64,000 nucleotides of DNA from assembly GCA_039812085.1 (NCBI GenBank), contig JBDHZU010000001.1, positions 570-64,569 of the forward strand, written 5' to 3'. Shown one piece after another: positions 37,178 through 47,410 of the stretch; the first letter of the stretch is position 1, and the number at the start of each line of letters is the position of its first letter. Source of the stretch: Candidatus Nanopelagicales bacterium. GTDB lineage: Bacteria > Actinomycetota > Actinomycetes > S36-B12 > UBA10799. The position numbers and the translations under genes are program-made. The notes below the pieces were generated by a model. The model was not told the DNA's origin. It made no database searches and saw only the letters and a list, made by a program, of their open reading frames with translations.

Positions 37178-38989
37178 TTAGGACGCCGCGGGCTCACTCA
37201 CTCGTTGCAGCAGGATGCCGCTGTCGTTTTGATAGACGACCTTCCATTTCTGGCTCTTGACTGCCATCTGGGCAACTTGCTCGCCAGCATCTGCCGGAAT
37301 ACCGAGATTCTCGACCGCAAAAGCAACCTGCGGCTTCGAGATGACGAGGAACGTTCCCTCCGGGTTATTTCCGGTATCGGCATCAAGTTTCTTGATGTTC
37401 TTAATCGGCCATTTGCTGACCACGTCTGGGCCACCCTTGTAGACCGTGACACCTTGATATGCCCCTGGTCCCCCCTGCGCAAAGTTGATCAAGGTTGCGC
37501 CTGGTTTCGCGTGATCGTAGAAAGCTTGGCGCAATGCCACATCCTGTGCCGAAACCCGTTCGAAGCTCTCGTTCCCCCAGCGACACAGCAAGAACACCGG
37601 CAACAGCGCAAGTAGCCCGACGAACGTCAGCAGCAGGCTCCTGCGCGATGGCATCCCTGCTTTGGGAAGCGCCAAGGTGGCAATCAACATGCACGCCCCC
37701 GGCAGCGACAACAACAAGACGCGCAGCAGACCCTCACCGCCATAGCTCTGAGCAGCCACCATCCCAATCGGCGCACCGAGCAGAACCAGCAATACGACGC
37801 TGACTCGCTTGCCCTGCAACCACAGTCGAATTGCCCCTACCCCAGCCAGACCCCAAATTCCGACGGTGAAAAGAACTCGCAATTGCACGATGAACAGGTG
37901 CGCCTGGCTCCCGGTGACTCGTTCAGATACCCCGGAGTCCACTGAACCCCCGACATTTCCCAATCCACCAAAGATTTCGTCGAGGTGCCCAGACCAGAAT
38001 CCTTTGGCGGCGTAGCTGAGATAGCCAAGGATGGCAACGAGGACCAGCACGATCAGGGGCCACGGCCGCAATCGACCCACCACCATCAGCCCACCCAGTC
38101 CAAAGATCAAGAACACGGGTGTCAGTTGATGAGTAGAAACCAGAGCGCAGGCCAACATCGCCAACATGACCAACGTGGCCGCCCGCCACCGCCGATCACG
38201 AGCAAACTCTTCTGGCTCCAGATCACGTTCACCGGCCGCAACCAGCGAAGCCAAGGGACGTCGCCAGCCTGTTTCCGGCTGACTGATCCGATGCAGCCAC
38301 CTACTCATCGGGCCGGGCTCTCGGCGACGGTAGTACGACACGATCATGGCCATGAACGCCAAATAAATGACGATTCCAACCGATTGCGGTGCGAAGTAAT
38401 CCTGCCCCACCCAGTCGAGCAAAAGGAAGATGAGCAGACCCAGCCACGGACGGCGCCAACCCGGCAGCGTCATTCGCCCGATTGCATACAGCGAGGGCAG
38501 ATAACACAACAGCATGAAGATCGGGGCGAACCGAAGGAATGACGATGCACTGCTCAGACCCATTGCCTCAGCAAGCACTCCCGCCCCGGAGAAGAAGGCG
38601 GGCCATGACATTCGGGCATCAAGCCAGGTAGTGGTGTGTCCGAGAGAAGTAATCGACTCGATGAAGCCCACGTGCAGCCACGCCACAGTGAAGCGGGCTT
38701 GCGACTCCACAATCGTGGCCGACCCGTGCAGCAGCACAACCAAGACAACAATGCCGATCACGAGGAACGTGGTGGGTTGACGCTTGTGGCCCAAAGCAAG
38801 GACAAAACTGGCTAGTGCCGCGATGACTCCGACGTAATACAGCGGGTTCAGCGCATTGACCAAACCCCAGGAACCGATGTTGTTTTCATTGGTGAGAAAC
38901 AGTCCGGTCAGGCCGATGACAGCACCCACACCAAGCAACGCCCATAACTGGCGCGACGATGGGTACCGCAAGACCGCGATCACCCGCAC
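37178..38989 (-). CDS. 603-aa polytopic membrane protein with C-terminal soluble domain (candidate glycopolymer polymerase or translocase)
   Basis: More than 12 hydrophobic segments are followed by a ~120-aa hydrophilic tail. It is the first gene of the minus-strand operon. I recognise no family motif. Confidence 0.6.
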   Translation of the reverse strand: MRVIAVLRYPSSRQLWALLGVGAVIGLTGLFLTNENNIGSWGLVNALNPLYYVGVIAALASFVLALGHKRQPTTFLVIGIVVLVVLLHGSATIVESQARFTVAWLHVGFIESITSLGHTTTWLDARMSWPAFFSGAGVLAEAMGLSSASSFLRFAPIFMLLCYLPSLYAIGRMTLPGWRRPWLGLLIFLLLDWVGQDYFAPQSVGIVIYLAFMAMIVSYYRRREPGPMSRWLHRISQPETGWRRPLASLVAAGERDLEPEEFARDRRWRAATLVMLAMLACALVSTHQLTPVFLIFGLGGLMVVGRLRPWPLIVLVLVAILGYLSYAAKGFWSGHLDEIFGGLGNVGGSVDSGVSERVTGSQAHLFIVQLRVLFTVGIWGLAGVGAIRLWLQGKRVSVVLLVLLGAPIGMVAAQSYGGEGLLRVLLLSLPGACMLIATLALPKAGMPSRRSLLLTFVGLLALLPVFLLCRWGNESFERVSAQDVALRQAFYDHAKPGATLINFAQGGPGAYQGVTVYKGGPDVVSKWPIKNIKKLDADTGNNPEGTFLVISKPQVAFAVENLGIPADAGEQVAQMAVKSQKWKVVYQNDSGILLQRVSEPAAS

Positions 38990-39102
38990 AATCTGCCAGA
39001 CGAATTGCCGCGAGGCCGTGCGTAAGCCCGGCCATTCCGGTGAGTACCCTTCATCAAGAGTTTGGCGAATTGGCGCCGACCAGCCGATGGGGAGTTCATT
39101 CA
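38990..39102. promoter_or_regulatory. Divergent intergenic region (glycan operon <-> accA3-like gene)
   Basis: 113 nt lie between the operon start (38989) and the GTG at 39103. No motifs were assigned. Confidence 0.35.
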
Positions 39103-40860
39103 GTGCGCAAGGTTCTCATTGCCAATCGCGGCGAGATCGCTGTCCGAGTCGCTCGTGCCTGTAAAGACGCCGGATTAGCCAGCGTGGCGGTCTACGCAGA
39201 TTCTGATCGCGATGCCATGCATGTCAAGGCCGCCGACGAGGCTTTCTCGCTCGACGGTGCGACCGCAGCCGAGACCTACCTCGTCATCGACAAGCTGATT
39301 GACGCTGCCGAACGCAGCGGAGCCGATGCCGTACACCCCGGATACGGATTCCTCTCGGAGAACGCAGACTTTGCTCAGGCCGTGATTGATGCCGGTCTGA
39401 CGTGGATCGGGCCTCCCCCGCAGGCCATCCGCGACCTCGGCGACAAGGTCTCTGCCCGTCATATCGCCGCCCGCGCAGGCGCCCCGCAGGTTGAAGGAAC
39501 TCCCGATCCGGTCGAGACCTCCGACGAGGTCGTCCAGTTCGCCCAGCAGCATGGTCTGCCGATCGCCATCAAGGCGGCCTTTGGCGGTGGCGGCCGCGGA
39601 CTGAAGATCGCCCGCACCATCGAAGAAATCCCGGAGCTGTACGACTCAGCCGTCCGCGAGGCCGTCGCTGCGTTCGGACGCGGGGAATGCTTCGTCGAGC
39701 GTTACCTGGACAACCCCCGTCACGTGGAAACTCAGATCCTGGCTGACCAGCACGGAAACGTTGTGGTGGTGTCCACCCGAGACTGCTCGCTGCAACGTCG
39801 TCATCAGAAGCTGGTGGAAGAAGCTCCTGCTCCCTACCTGTCGGATGCACAGATCGATGAGCTGTACAACGCATCCAAGGCCATCATCAAAGAAGCGGGC
39901 TACTACGGCGCAGGCACCTGTGAATTCCTCGTGGGCGAGGACGGCACGATCTCCTTCCTTGAGGTCAATACCCGCCTGCAGGTGGAACACCCCGTCAGTG
40001 AAGAAGTCACCGGTATCGACTTGGTGCGCGAACAGTTCCGTATCGCGGACGGCGAGGAATTGGGCTTCGACGATCCTGAACTGCGTGGTCACTCCATCGA
40101 GTTCCGAATCAACGGAGAAGATCCCGGGCGCAACTTCCTGCCTGCTCCAGGCGCTTTGACAGTGTGGGAACTTCCTGCCGGTCCAGGTGTGCGTGTGGAC
40201 ACCGGATTCCAAGCAGGCGACGAGATCGGTGGAAACTTCGATTCGCTGCTCGCCAAGTTGATTGTCACCGGCGCGACTCGTGAACAAGCCATCGAACGTT
40301 CCCGCCGCGCCCTGTCCGAGTTCCAGGTTGATGGGATCGCTACCGCGCTGACTTTCCATCGCGTAGTGGTCGATGATCCGGCCTTCGCACCAGCCGATGA
40401 CGCACCGTTCACCGTTCACACTCGCTGGATCGAGACCGAGTTCGACAACCAGATCCCGCCGTACTCCGGCGAGCCGAGTGAAGCCGCCGAGGTCGAGCCA
40501 CGCCAGAACGTGGTGGTCGAGGTCGGCGGTAAGCGTCTAGACGTGAGCTTGCCCGGAGGTTTCTCTGTCGGCGGCAGTTCCGCAGCAAAGAAGGCCGGAC
40601 CGAAGCGTCGTGCGGGCAAGAAGGGCGGTGCCGGTGGCGCTTCCGGTGATTCGGTCACCGCTCCGATGCAGGGAACCATCGTCAAGATCGCGGTGGAAGA
40701 AGGCCAGCAGGTAGAAGCTGGTGATCTGGTCATCGTGCTGGAGGCAATGAAGATGGAACAGCCCATCAATGCCCACAAAGCCGGTACCGTCACCGGACTC
40801 AATGCTGAGCAAGGTTCCACCGTTCCCACCGGAACCGTTATCTGCGAGTTAAAGGACTAA
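39103..40860 (+). CDS. accA: Acetyl/propionyl-CoA carboxylase alpha subunit (biotin carboxylase + BCCP)
   Basis: [15 protein letters not shown] start, a biotin carboxylase core, and the C-terminal EAMKME biotinylation motif. The ORF extension back to 38959 overlaps the divergent operon. Confidence 0.92.
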   Translation: MRKVLIANRGEIAVRVARACKDAGLASVAVYADSDRDAMHVKAADEAFSLDGATAAETYLVIDKLIDAAERSGADAVHPGYGFLSENADFAQAVIDAGLTWIGPPPQAIRDLGDKVSARHIAARAGAPQVEGTPDPVETSDEVVQFAQQHGLPIAIKAAFGGGGRGLKIARTIEEIPELYDSAVREAVAAFGRGECFVERYLDNPRHVETQILADQHGNVVVVSTRDCSLQRRHQKLVEEAPAPYLSDAQIDELYNASKAIIKEAGYYGAGTCEFLVGEDGTISFLEVNTRLQVEHPVSEEVTGIDLVREQFRIADGEELGFDDPELRGHSIEFRINGEDPGRNFLPAPGALTVWELPAGPGVRVDTGFQAGDEIGGNFDSLLAKLIVTGATREQAIERSRRALSEFQVDGIATALTFHRVVVDDPAFAPADDAPFTVHTRWIETEFDNQIPPYSGEPSEAAEVEPRQNVVVEVGGKRLDVSLPGGFSVGGSSAAKKAGPKRRAGKKGGAGGASGDSVTAPMQGTIVKIAVEEGQQVEAGDLVIVLEAMKMEQPINAHKAGTVTGLNAEQGSTVPTGTVICELKD

Positions 40861-40862
40861 CG

Positions 40863-41567
40863 TTGCGGTTTGCCCGGATCGTCTACGCAGCATTCGCGAG
40901 TGCGCTTGCACTCACGTTTGCTGTCACTGGACTGACCCCAGCAACTGCCGCTAGCGACAAGCCAGCATCGACCCCGACGGCTACTCCCACACCGACGATC
41001 AGCCGTCCACCAACGCCGGAACTGCAGGCAGCCATCACCGCCCTGCAAGAAAATCCACCGCTATTCGTCCAACACAACGCTCCGTTGGCTATCAACGAAG
41101 CCGACCAAGCAAAGGTGATTGCGGCTGCACAAGCTGCCCGAACACCGTTCTACATCGCGATCATGACTCGTCGTAATGACGGAGTGACGACTGCGTCGGC
41201 GCGTGCTCTGGGCCAAGGTGTCGGACACGGCGGAACCTACTTATCCATCGCCGGAACCTCTTACACCGCGGACTCGACAGTCACGGAAGCTAAACCCCTA
41301 TTGGCGCAGGCGTTCCGAGAACAACGTGCCGATGGGACAGCCGCCGTCATCCTGCGATTCATCGAACTGGTGCAAGCCAAGGTTCACGGAACCACTGCTG
41401 CACCCATCACCGACTTTCCCTGGCTGAAGGCGGGAATCGTCGCTGGAGTCGCCGCCATCCTGGGCGGGTTGTTCCTACTGGGGGACCGGCGTCGTAAGCA
41501 ACGTCAGGCCGCAGCTGAAGCTGCTGCGGCGGTTAACGCTGACACAACATCAGTCGACAACGTGTAG
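40863..41567 (+). CDS. Secreted, C-terminally anchored hypothetical protein (possibly TPM-like)
   Basis: Signal peptide, Pro/Thr linker, a ~150-aa domain, then a TM helix plus an RRRK stop-transfer. The TPM resemblance is weak. Confidence 0.5.
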   Translation: MRFARIVYAAFASALALTFAVTGLTPATAASDKPASTPTATPTPTISRPPTPELQAAITALQENPPLFVQHNAPLAINEADQAKVIAAAQAARTPFYIAIMTRRNDGVTTASARALGQGVGHGGTYLSIAGTSYTADSTVTEAKPLLAQAFREQRADGTAAVILRFIELVQAKVHGTTAAPITDFPWLKAGIVAGVAAILGGLFLLGDRRRKQRQAAAEAAAAVNADTTSVDNV

Positions 41568-42944
41568 TCGGCGAGCAGCCTCGGAGATTGACCCGGACAT
41601 TGACGGATACACCGTCGATACCGCCGCAAGCTGATCACTCGTCAGATGCGCATCCACCGCAATCGATAGTGAGTGGATCAAATCGCTGGCACGAGGCGCC
41701 ACGATCACACCACCGGCAACATGACCGTCCGCAGTGGTCATCACTTTCACGAACCCATCGTTGTAGCCCTGCATCTTGGACCGCGGATTCGTACCGAGGG
41801 ACTGGTACTGGGTCCGGCCATCAAATTCGCCAGACTCGATAGCCGACGAGCTCACTCCGACCGAAGCAATCTCTGGATCGGTGAACACAGTGCTGGCCAC
41901 GGTCTTCAAATCCAACGGCACGACCACATCCCCAAACGCGTGACGCATCGCAATGCGTCCCTGGGCAGCAGCAACGGACGCCAACGGCAAGACTCCCGTC
42001 ACATCTCCAGCGGCGTACACACCCATGACCGACGTTCGAGATACCCGGTCGACCTCGATATATCCACGCTCGGAGACACCCACCCCGATCGATTCCAAGC
42101 CGAGATCTTCGCTATTCGGCACTGAGCCGACCGCGAGCAAACAGTGACTTCCCTGCACTTCGCGTCCATCGGTCAACGTAACCAACACGCCTTGCCCGTC
42201 ATCCGTTCGCTGTACGGCTTGGGCTCGACTACGACTCAGCACTGTCATGCCGCGTCGTAAGAAGGCCGCTTCCACGACATCTGCCGCGTCGGCATCCTCG
42301 GTCGGCAAGACCCGATCACGCGAGGACACCAACGTCACCCGAGCACCCAGGCTGTTGAACGCTCCCGCGAACTCCGCCCCCGTCACACCTGAACCCACCA
42401 CGATGAGGTGTTCAGGTAACTCCTGCAGATTCCAGATCTGAGTCCAGTCAAGAATTCGTTCACCGTCGACCTGGGCATCAGGCAAGACTCGGGGACGCGC
42501 CCCAGTGGCGATGAGAACAACATCGGCATCGACGTGTTGCCCGAGCCCATTCGATGACTCGATCTCCACCTGCCGTGAACCTGTTAGTCGAGCGGTTCCA
42601 TCAATGATCTGCACCCCATCGGCGATCAACCGTCGGCGAATGTCCGCCGACTGAGCAGCCCCCAAATCGACCACACGTTGATTCACAGCCGCGAGCTCAA
42701 CCCCCGCCCGAGCGGGGTCCATTGGCGCCCCATCAACCCGCACACCAAGCTGCGCACTGTTGGCGGCCAAGGTCGCACTACGCGCGGTCGCAATCAACGC
42801 CTTGCTGGGAACGCAGTCAGTAAGAACAGCCGCACCGCCGATACCGGAACGTTCCACCAGGGTGACGTCGCCACCGAGTGAGGCCGCAACCAGCGCCGCT
42901 TCGTAGCCGCCAGGTCCACCACCGATGATGACTGCTTGGGTCAT
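41550..42944 (-). CDS. lpdA: Pyridine nucleotide-disulfide oxidoreductase, LpdA (Rv3303c)-like NAD(P)H quinone reductase
   Basis: AVIIGGGPGGYEAALVAA and GIGGAAVLTDCVPSK. Start set at ATG 42944. Confidence 0.8.
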   Translation of the reverse strand: MTQAVIIGGGPGGYEAALVAASLGGDVTLVERSGIGGAAVLTDCVPSKALIATARSATLAANSAQLGVRVDGAPMDPARAGVELAAVNQRVVDLGAAQSADIRRRLIADGVQIIDGTARLTGSRQVEIESSNGLGQHVDADVVLIATGARPRVLPDAQVDGERILDWTQIWNLQELPEHLIVVGSGVTGAEFAGAFNSLGARVTLVSSRDRVLPTEDADAADVVEAAFLRRGMTVLSRSRAQAVQRTDDGQGVLVTLTDGREVQGSHCLLAVGSVPNSEDLGLESIGVGVSERGYIEVDRVSRTSVMGVYAAGDVTGVLPLASVAAAQGRIAMRHAFGDVVVPLDLKTVASTVFTDPEIASVGVSSSAIESGEFDGRTQYQSLGTNPRSKMQGYNDGFVKVMTTADGHVAGGVIVAPRASDLIHSLSIAVDAHLTSDQLAAVSTVYPSMSGSISEAARRLHVVD

Positions 42945-42975
42945 GGCACCCATCCTGGCAGTTACCCTGTGCGCC

Positions 42976-43440
42976 ATGGCTCTCTATGCCGCCTATGGTC
43001 CCAATCTGGACCCAGAGTTCATGGCAACTCGTGCCCGGTTCTCTCCAGCACGGGGAACTGGTTGGCTGCGAGGCTGGCGATTGACTTTCGCGGGCGAAGA
43101 TAAAGGGTGGGACGGTTCGCTGGCGACAGTGGTCGAAGACCCGGCGGGATCGGTCTTCGTCATGCTCTACGACGTTCCTGCCTGGGACGAGCAGGCGCTC
43201 GATCAGTGGGAGGGCACCGAACTCGGGGTATTCGTGAAGTTGCGCGTTCGAGTCGAGATCGCAGACTCACCCACCCCCGATGAGGACACGGCATGGGTCT
43301 ACGTGGTCAACGGTTACGAAGGCGGACTGCCATCGGCCCACTACGTCGGAGTAATCGCCAATGCGGCAGAGGCCGCGGGCGCCCCGGCTGACTACGTCAC
43401 CGAGTTACGTGCTCGCCCCTGCCGATCGTTGGACGATTAG
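42976..43440 (+). CDS. Gamma-glutamylcyclotransferase (AIG2/GGCT-like) family protein
   Basis: ALYAAYGPNLDPEFMATR...GWRLTF and a conserved E in WEGTE. Start set at ATG 42976. Confidence 0.65.
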   Translation: MALYAAYGPNLDPEFMATRARFSPARGTGWLRGWRLTFAGEDKGWDGSLATVVEDPAGSVFVMLYDVPAWDEQALDQWEGTELGVFVKLRVRVEIADSPTPDEDTAWVYVVNGYEGGLPSAHYVGVIANAAEAAGAPADYVTELRARPCRSLDD

Positions 43441-45017
43441 AAAACGTCCGGTGGGTCGTACTGGCCCCATACCTCGCGCAACGCGTCGGAGACTTCTCCG
43501 CCGGTGGCACGAGCAGCGAGCGCCTCTTTCATTGGGTAAAGGCAGTTGTCGCTGCCTTCTGCCGCACGTCGAAGCGCATCGAGACCTCGTTGCACCGCAG
43601 TGTTGTCCCGATCAGCACGCAGCTTGGCCAAGCGTTCGCACTGTTCAGCTTCGATCGCTGGGTTAACGCGTAGCGGTTCGTACTTTTCTTCGTCTTCGAT
43701 GGTGAATCGGTTCACACCAACGACGGTTCGTTCACCGGCATCGATCTCATTAGCGATCGCATAGGCCGAACGTTCGATTTCGCTCTTCTGGAAGCCCTTC
43801 TCGATCGCGGTGACGGCACCTCCCAGATCCTCAACCTGCTGCATGAGGTCCAGTGCCGCCTGCTCCAGTTCATCAGTCAACGACTCCACCACGTACGAAC
43901 CGGCAAACGGGTCGACCGTCTTGGTGACATCGGTTTCGTAGGCCAGAACCTGCTGCGTGCGCAGCGCCAGGCGGGCAGCCTTTTGGGTAGGCAAAGCAAT
44001 CGCTTCGTCGAACGAGTTCGTGTGCAGCGACTGGGTTCCCCCCATGACAGCGGCCAAACCTTGAACGGCCACGCGGATGAGGTTGACCTCTGGCTGTTGC
44101 GCCGTGAGCTGCACTCCTGCGGTCTGAGTGTGGAAGCGCAACATCATGGACTTGGGGTTCTTGGCGCCGAACTGTTCCTTCATGATGCGAGCCCAAATTC
44201 GTCGGGCAGCGCGGAACTTCGCAACCTCTTCCAAGAAGCTCGTACGAGAAACGAAGAAGAACGCCAAGCGTGGTGCGAACTCATCGACATCCTGGCCAGA
44301 AGCAATGGCGGCCTGTACGTAGGCGATGCCATCTGCCAGCGTGAAGGCGATCTCCTGCGCGGGGGTCGCCCCAGCTTCGGCCATGTGATAGCCAGAGATG
44401 GAAATCGTGTTCCAGCGGGGAATCTCAGCCCGGCAGTAACTAAAGATGTCGGTGATCAAACGCAGCGAAGCCGCTGGCGGATAGATGTAAGTGCCACGCG
44501 CGATGTACTCCTTGAGCACATCGTTCTGAATCGTGCCGGTCAAAGCCGAACCGGGAACTCCGTTCGCTTCGGCCGTCAGTTGGTACTGCAGAAGCAGCGT
44601 TGAAGCCGGGGCGTTAATCGTCATAGACGTGGAGACTTTGTCCAATTCAATGCCGTTGAACAGCACTGCCATGTCGTCAATCGAGTCGATGGCAACGCCA
44701 ACCTTGCCCACTTCGCCATGCGCGAGTTGATGGTCAGAGTCGTACCCCATCTGCGTGGGCAGGTCGAAGGCGACGGACAAACCCGTGGTGCCTGCTGCGA
44801 TCAGTTCCTGGTAGCGAGCGTTGGACTCCTTGGCAGTACCGAATCCGGCGTACTGGCGCATCGTCCAGGGTCGGCCTGTGTACATCGAGGGATACACGCC
44901 ACGGGTGAAGGGATACTCACCCGGATCACCAAGTTGAGCCTGCGCATCCCAGCCATCGAGGGCATCGGGGCCATAAACGGACTCAAACGGCAACCCGGAT
45001 TCTGTCTTCGATCCCAT
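43437..45017 (-). CDS. Methylmalonyl-CoA mutase family large subunit, catalytic barrel only (no B12-binding domain)
   Basis: TMRQYAGFGTAKESN, GLSVAFDLPT, NDVLKEYIARGTYIYPP and ISISGYHMAEAG. The protein ends before any DxHxxG B12 domain. Start set at ATG 45017. Confidence 0.85.
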   Translation of the reverse strand: MGSKTESGLPFESVYGPDALDGWDAQAQLGDPGEYPFTRGVYPSMYTGRPWTMRQYAGFGTAKESNARYQELIAAGTTGLSVAFDLPTQMGYDSDHQLAHGEVGKVGVAIDSIDDMAVLFNGIELDKVSTSMTINAPASTLLLQYQLTAEANGVPGSALTGTIQNDVLKEYIARGTYIYPPAASLRLITDIFSYCRAEIPRWNTISISGYHMAEAGATPAQEIAFTLADGIAYVQAAIASGQDVDEFAPRLAFFFVSRTSFLEEVAKFRAARRIWARIMKEQFGAKNPKSMMLRFHTQTAGVQLTAQQPEVNLIRVAVQGLAAVMGGTQSLHTNSFDEAIALPTQKAARLALRTQQVLAYETDVTKTVDPFAGSYVVESLTDELEQAALDLMQQVEDLGGAVTAIEKGFQKSEIERSAYAIANEIDAGERTVVGVNRFTIEDEEKYEPLRVNPAIEAEQCERLAKLRADRDNTAVQRGLDALRRAAEGSDNCLYPMKEALAARATGGEVSDALREVWGQYDPPDVF

Positions 45018-45088
45018 GGGTTCGAGGGTATCTGCGCAGGTTTTGCATCTGAGGCCCGAGGTCGGCATTCACGGTTTATCCTCGTGGG

Positions 45089-46486
45089 ATGGGGGAAAAG
45101 CGGTTTCTTGCAGTCTTGGCTGCGCTCACACTGTCGATCATCACCATGGCCTATCCGGCAGTAGCGGCCTCACCATCTCCCAGTAAGTCACCCGTACCCG
45201 TCGGTCACTGGTCGCCGATCCCAGGTTCGACCGCTAAGGCCCCACCGGCATTGGGTGCCAAGAGTTGGCTGATTGCGGATGCCACCACTGGTTCCGTCCT
45301 AGCCGAAAGCAACGGCCAGTTGCCGTTACCGCCCGCGAGCACTCTCAAAACCTTGACTGCACTGACCCTCGCACCTCGCTTGCAGGGCGATTCCATCTAC
45401 ACCGCAGTCAACCAAGACATCGCGGCGGACGGTTCTCACGTGGGCCTCGTGGCGGGTGCGACGTATACCGTCAATGACCTTTTCCAAGGCTTGCTGCTGC
45501 ATTCCGGTAATGACGCTGCCAGCGCATTGGCCAATGCCAATGGCGGATGGGCCGTCACGCTGCAGCAGATGGCGAGCGAAGCACAGCGACTCGGACTGAA
45601 TCACACCGTCGTGAAGAACCCCTCCGGGCTAGATGCGGCAGGCCAGGTATCGACCGCACAAGATCTCGCAACCATTCTGCGCGGACTGATCGATGAGCCC
45701 GCCGGACGCAAGCTGTTCAACACGATGTCCTACGACTTCCCCGGTAATCCCAGCAGCGGCACCCGCAGCACGTACCAAATCGCGAGTGAGGACCGACTGC
45801 GGTTGTCCGGCTACCCCGGCGCGATCGCTGGCAAGACCGGGTTCACCACCCATGCCGGACGCACGTTCGTCTCAGCGGCAGAACGCAATGGCCATACCCT
45901 GGTGCTGGCACTCATGCAGATTGATGGCCCCACCTTGAACGCCGCGCGTGACCTCATGGATTGGGGCTTCGCCAACGTCGACAAGGTGCAACCTGTGGGG
46001 CAACTTCCGACCGCCTCACCGCAGGTCGAGACGCTCACTGCCGCCCCGGCGGCTCAACTGACGTTGGACGGCAAACCAAGCGGTAAGCAGCCGATGCGGG
46101 CTACCTCTGGCACCACGGGCGGCAAGAGCACCGCAGTCGCAATTCCGGCAGCGCAGCAGCAGTCGCAACCCGATACCGATACCCAAGCCGACGCTGAATC
46201 AGCACCCGTGAGCAATTCGGTCACCCTGACTCATTCAGCAACAGCCAAGGCGACACCGTTGTGGCGCAGCGTGTTGAACACGGTGCTCATCATTCTTGGA
46301 CTGCTGATTGCAGCGGTCGTTGCACTGCGCATCCGCGCCGTCAAACGGCAGCGGGAACGAGCAGAGCAACGGCGAGCAGCCCAAGCAGCCTCAGCTAGCT
46401 GGAACGAATCCGATTCGTTCGTACGCCTGCCCGAGGGTGCGAGCCGCGACTTCTCGCGCCGCGTGGGCCCCAGCAGCCATCATTGA
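45089..46486 (+). CDS. D-alanyl-D-alanine carboxypeptidase (S11, PBP5/6-like) with C-terminal membrane anchor
   Basis: Signal peptide. The SxxK (STLK), SxN (HSGND) and KTG (KTGFT) motifs are present. A TM helix lies near the C-terminus. Confidence 0.85.
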   Translation: MGEKRFLAVLAALTLSIITMAYPAVAASPSPSKSPVPVGHWSPIPGSTAKAPPALGAKSWLIADATTGSVLAESNGQLPLPPASTLKTLTALTLAPRLQGDSIYTAVNQDIAADGSHVGLVAGATYTVNDLFQGLLLHSGNDAASALANANGGWAVTLQQMASEAQRLGLNHTVVKNPSGLDAAGQVSTAQDLATILRGLIDEPAGRKLFNTMSYDFPGNPSSGTRSTYQIASEDRLRLSGYPGAIAGKTGFTTHAGRTFVSAAERNGHTLVLALMQIDGPTLNAARDLMDWGFANVDKVQPVGQLPTASPQVETLTAAPAAQLTLDGKPSGKQPMRATSGTTGGKSTAVAIPAAQQQSQPDTDTQADAESAPVSNSVTLTHSATAKATPLWRSVLNTVLIILGLLIAAVVALRIRAVKRQRERAEQRRAAQAASASWNESDSFVRLPEGASRDFSRRVGPSSHH

Positions 46487-47401
46487 TTCCAGCTCTGCTG
46501 GATCGGCCAAATAGTCCTGAGTTGTCCGAGCGAACTGCTCAGCAAACCCCGCCACAACCTCTGCTACCTCTGCCTTGAGTGGGCCGTACATCTGTCCCTG
46601 GTAACGAGCTTCGATCTGCGCGACGGGTTCATTGGTAAATGCGGACAAGATGGTCAGCAGATTGGATACCCCGGGCTTGTTCTCGGGATCGAATCGCACC
46701 TCGGCTTCGCTATCGGTCACTGCCGACTTGAACCGCTTGGTGATTGCCTTGGGATCGTCCAACAGGCCCACACAGCCACCGGGGAGGGACTTACTCATCT
46801 TTGCGCTCGGATCCTGCAGATCGAAGACCTTGGCGGTCTCTTTGATGATGAGCGCCTTAGGAACCGTGAACGTCTCGCCGAAGCGCTTGTTGAAACGTTG
46901 CGCGAGATCTCGGGTGAGTTCCAAATGTTGGCGTTGGTCTTCTCCCACCGGAACGCCGGCCGCTTGGTAGAGCAGGATGTCGGCCGCCTGCAGAATCGGG
47001 TAGGTCAACAATCCAACGGAGACCGATCCGGCACCGTCACGACTCATCTTGTCTTTGAACTGCGTCATTCGCTGAGCCTCGCCCAAACCAGTAATGCACT
47101 CCATGACCCAACTCAACTGGGCATGTTCAGGAACGTGGCTCTGCACGAATAGCGTCGAACGGTCCGGGTCGATGCCACAGGCCAATAGCTGCGCGTAGGA
47201 CACCAAGGTTCGCTGCCGCAGCAACTGCGGGTCATGATCACGAGTGATCGCATGCAGGTCGACAACGCAGTAGAAGGCGTCGTACTCGTCCTGCAGTTGG
47301 GTCCAATTCTGCAAAGCGCCGAGGTAGTTCCCAATGTGGAAGGAGTCGGCGGTGGGCTGGATTCCCGAGAGAACACGTGGTCGAGCACCGGACGATGACA
47401 T
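46391..47401 (-). CDS. trpS: Tryptophan--tRNA ligase
   Basis: [18 protein letters not shown] (HIGH-like) and KMSKS. Start set at ATG 47401. Confidence 0.92.
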   Translation of the reverse strand: MSSSGARPRVLSGIQPTADSFHIGNYLGALQNWTQLQDEYDAFYCVVDLHAITRDHDPQLLRQRTLVSYAQLLACGIDPDRSTLFVQSHVPEHAQLSWVMECITGLGEAQRMTQFKDKMSRDGAGSVSVGLLTYPILQAADILLYQAAGVPVGEDQRQHLELTRDLAQRFNKRFGETFTVPKALIIKETAKVFDLQDPSAKMSKSLPGGCVGLLDDPKAITKRFKSAVTDSEAEVRFDPENKPGVSNLLTILSAFTNEPVAQIEARYQGQMYGPLKAEVAEVVAGFAEQFARTTQDYLADPAELESMMAAGAHAAREVAARTLGQAYERIGFVPAS

Positions 47402-47410
47402 GGCGCCATT

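Noticed and set aside
31749-37197. The possibility that the two ATP-grasp genes mark a graspetide/microviridin-type RiPP cluster, with the small ORFs as precursor peptides.
   Set aside because: The 61-aa and 127-aa ORFs are almost entirely hydrophobic transmembrane helices. They lack the Thr/Ser/Lys/Asp/Glu-rich core motifs of graspetide precursors. The surrounding genes are glycosyltransferases, an epimerase and a glycosidase. I saw no other small precursor-like ORF, although a dedicated search could still be run.
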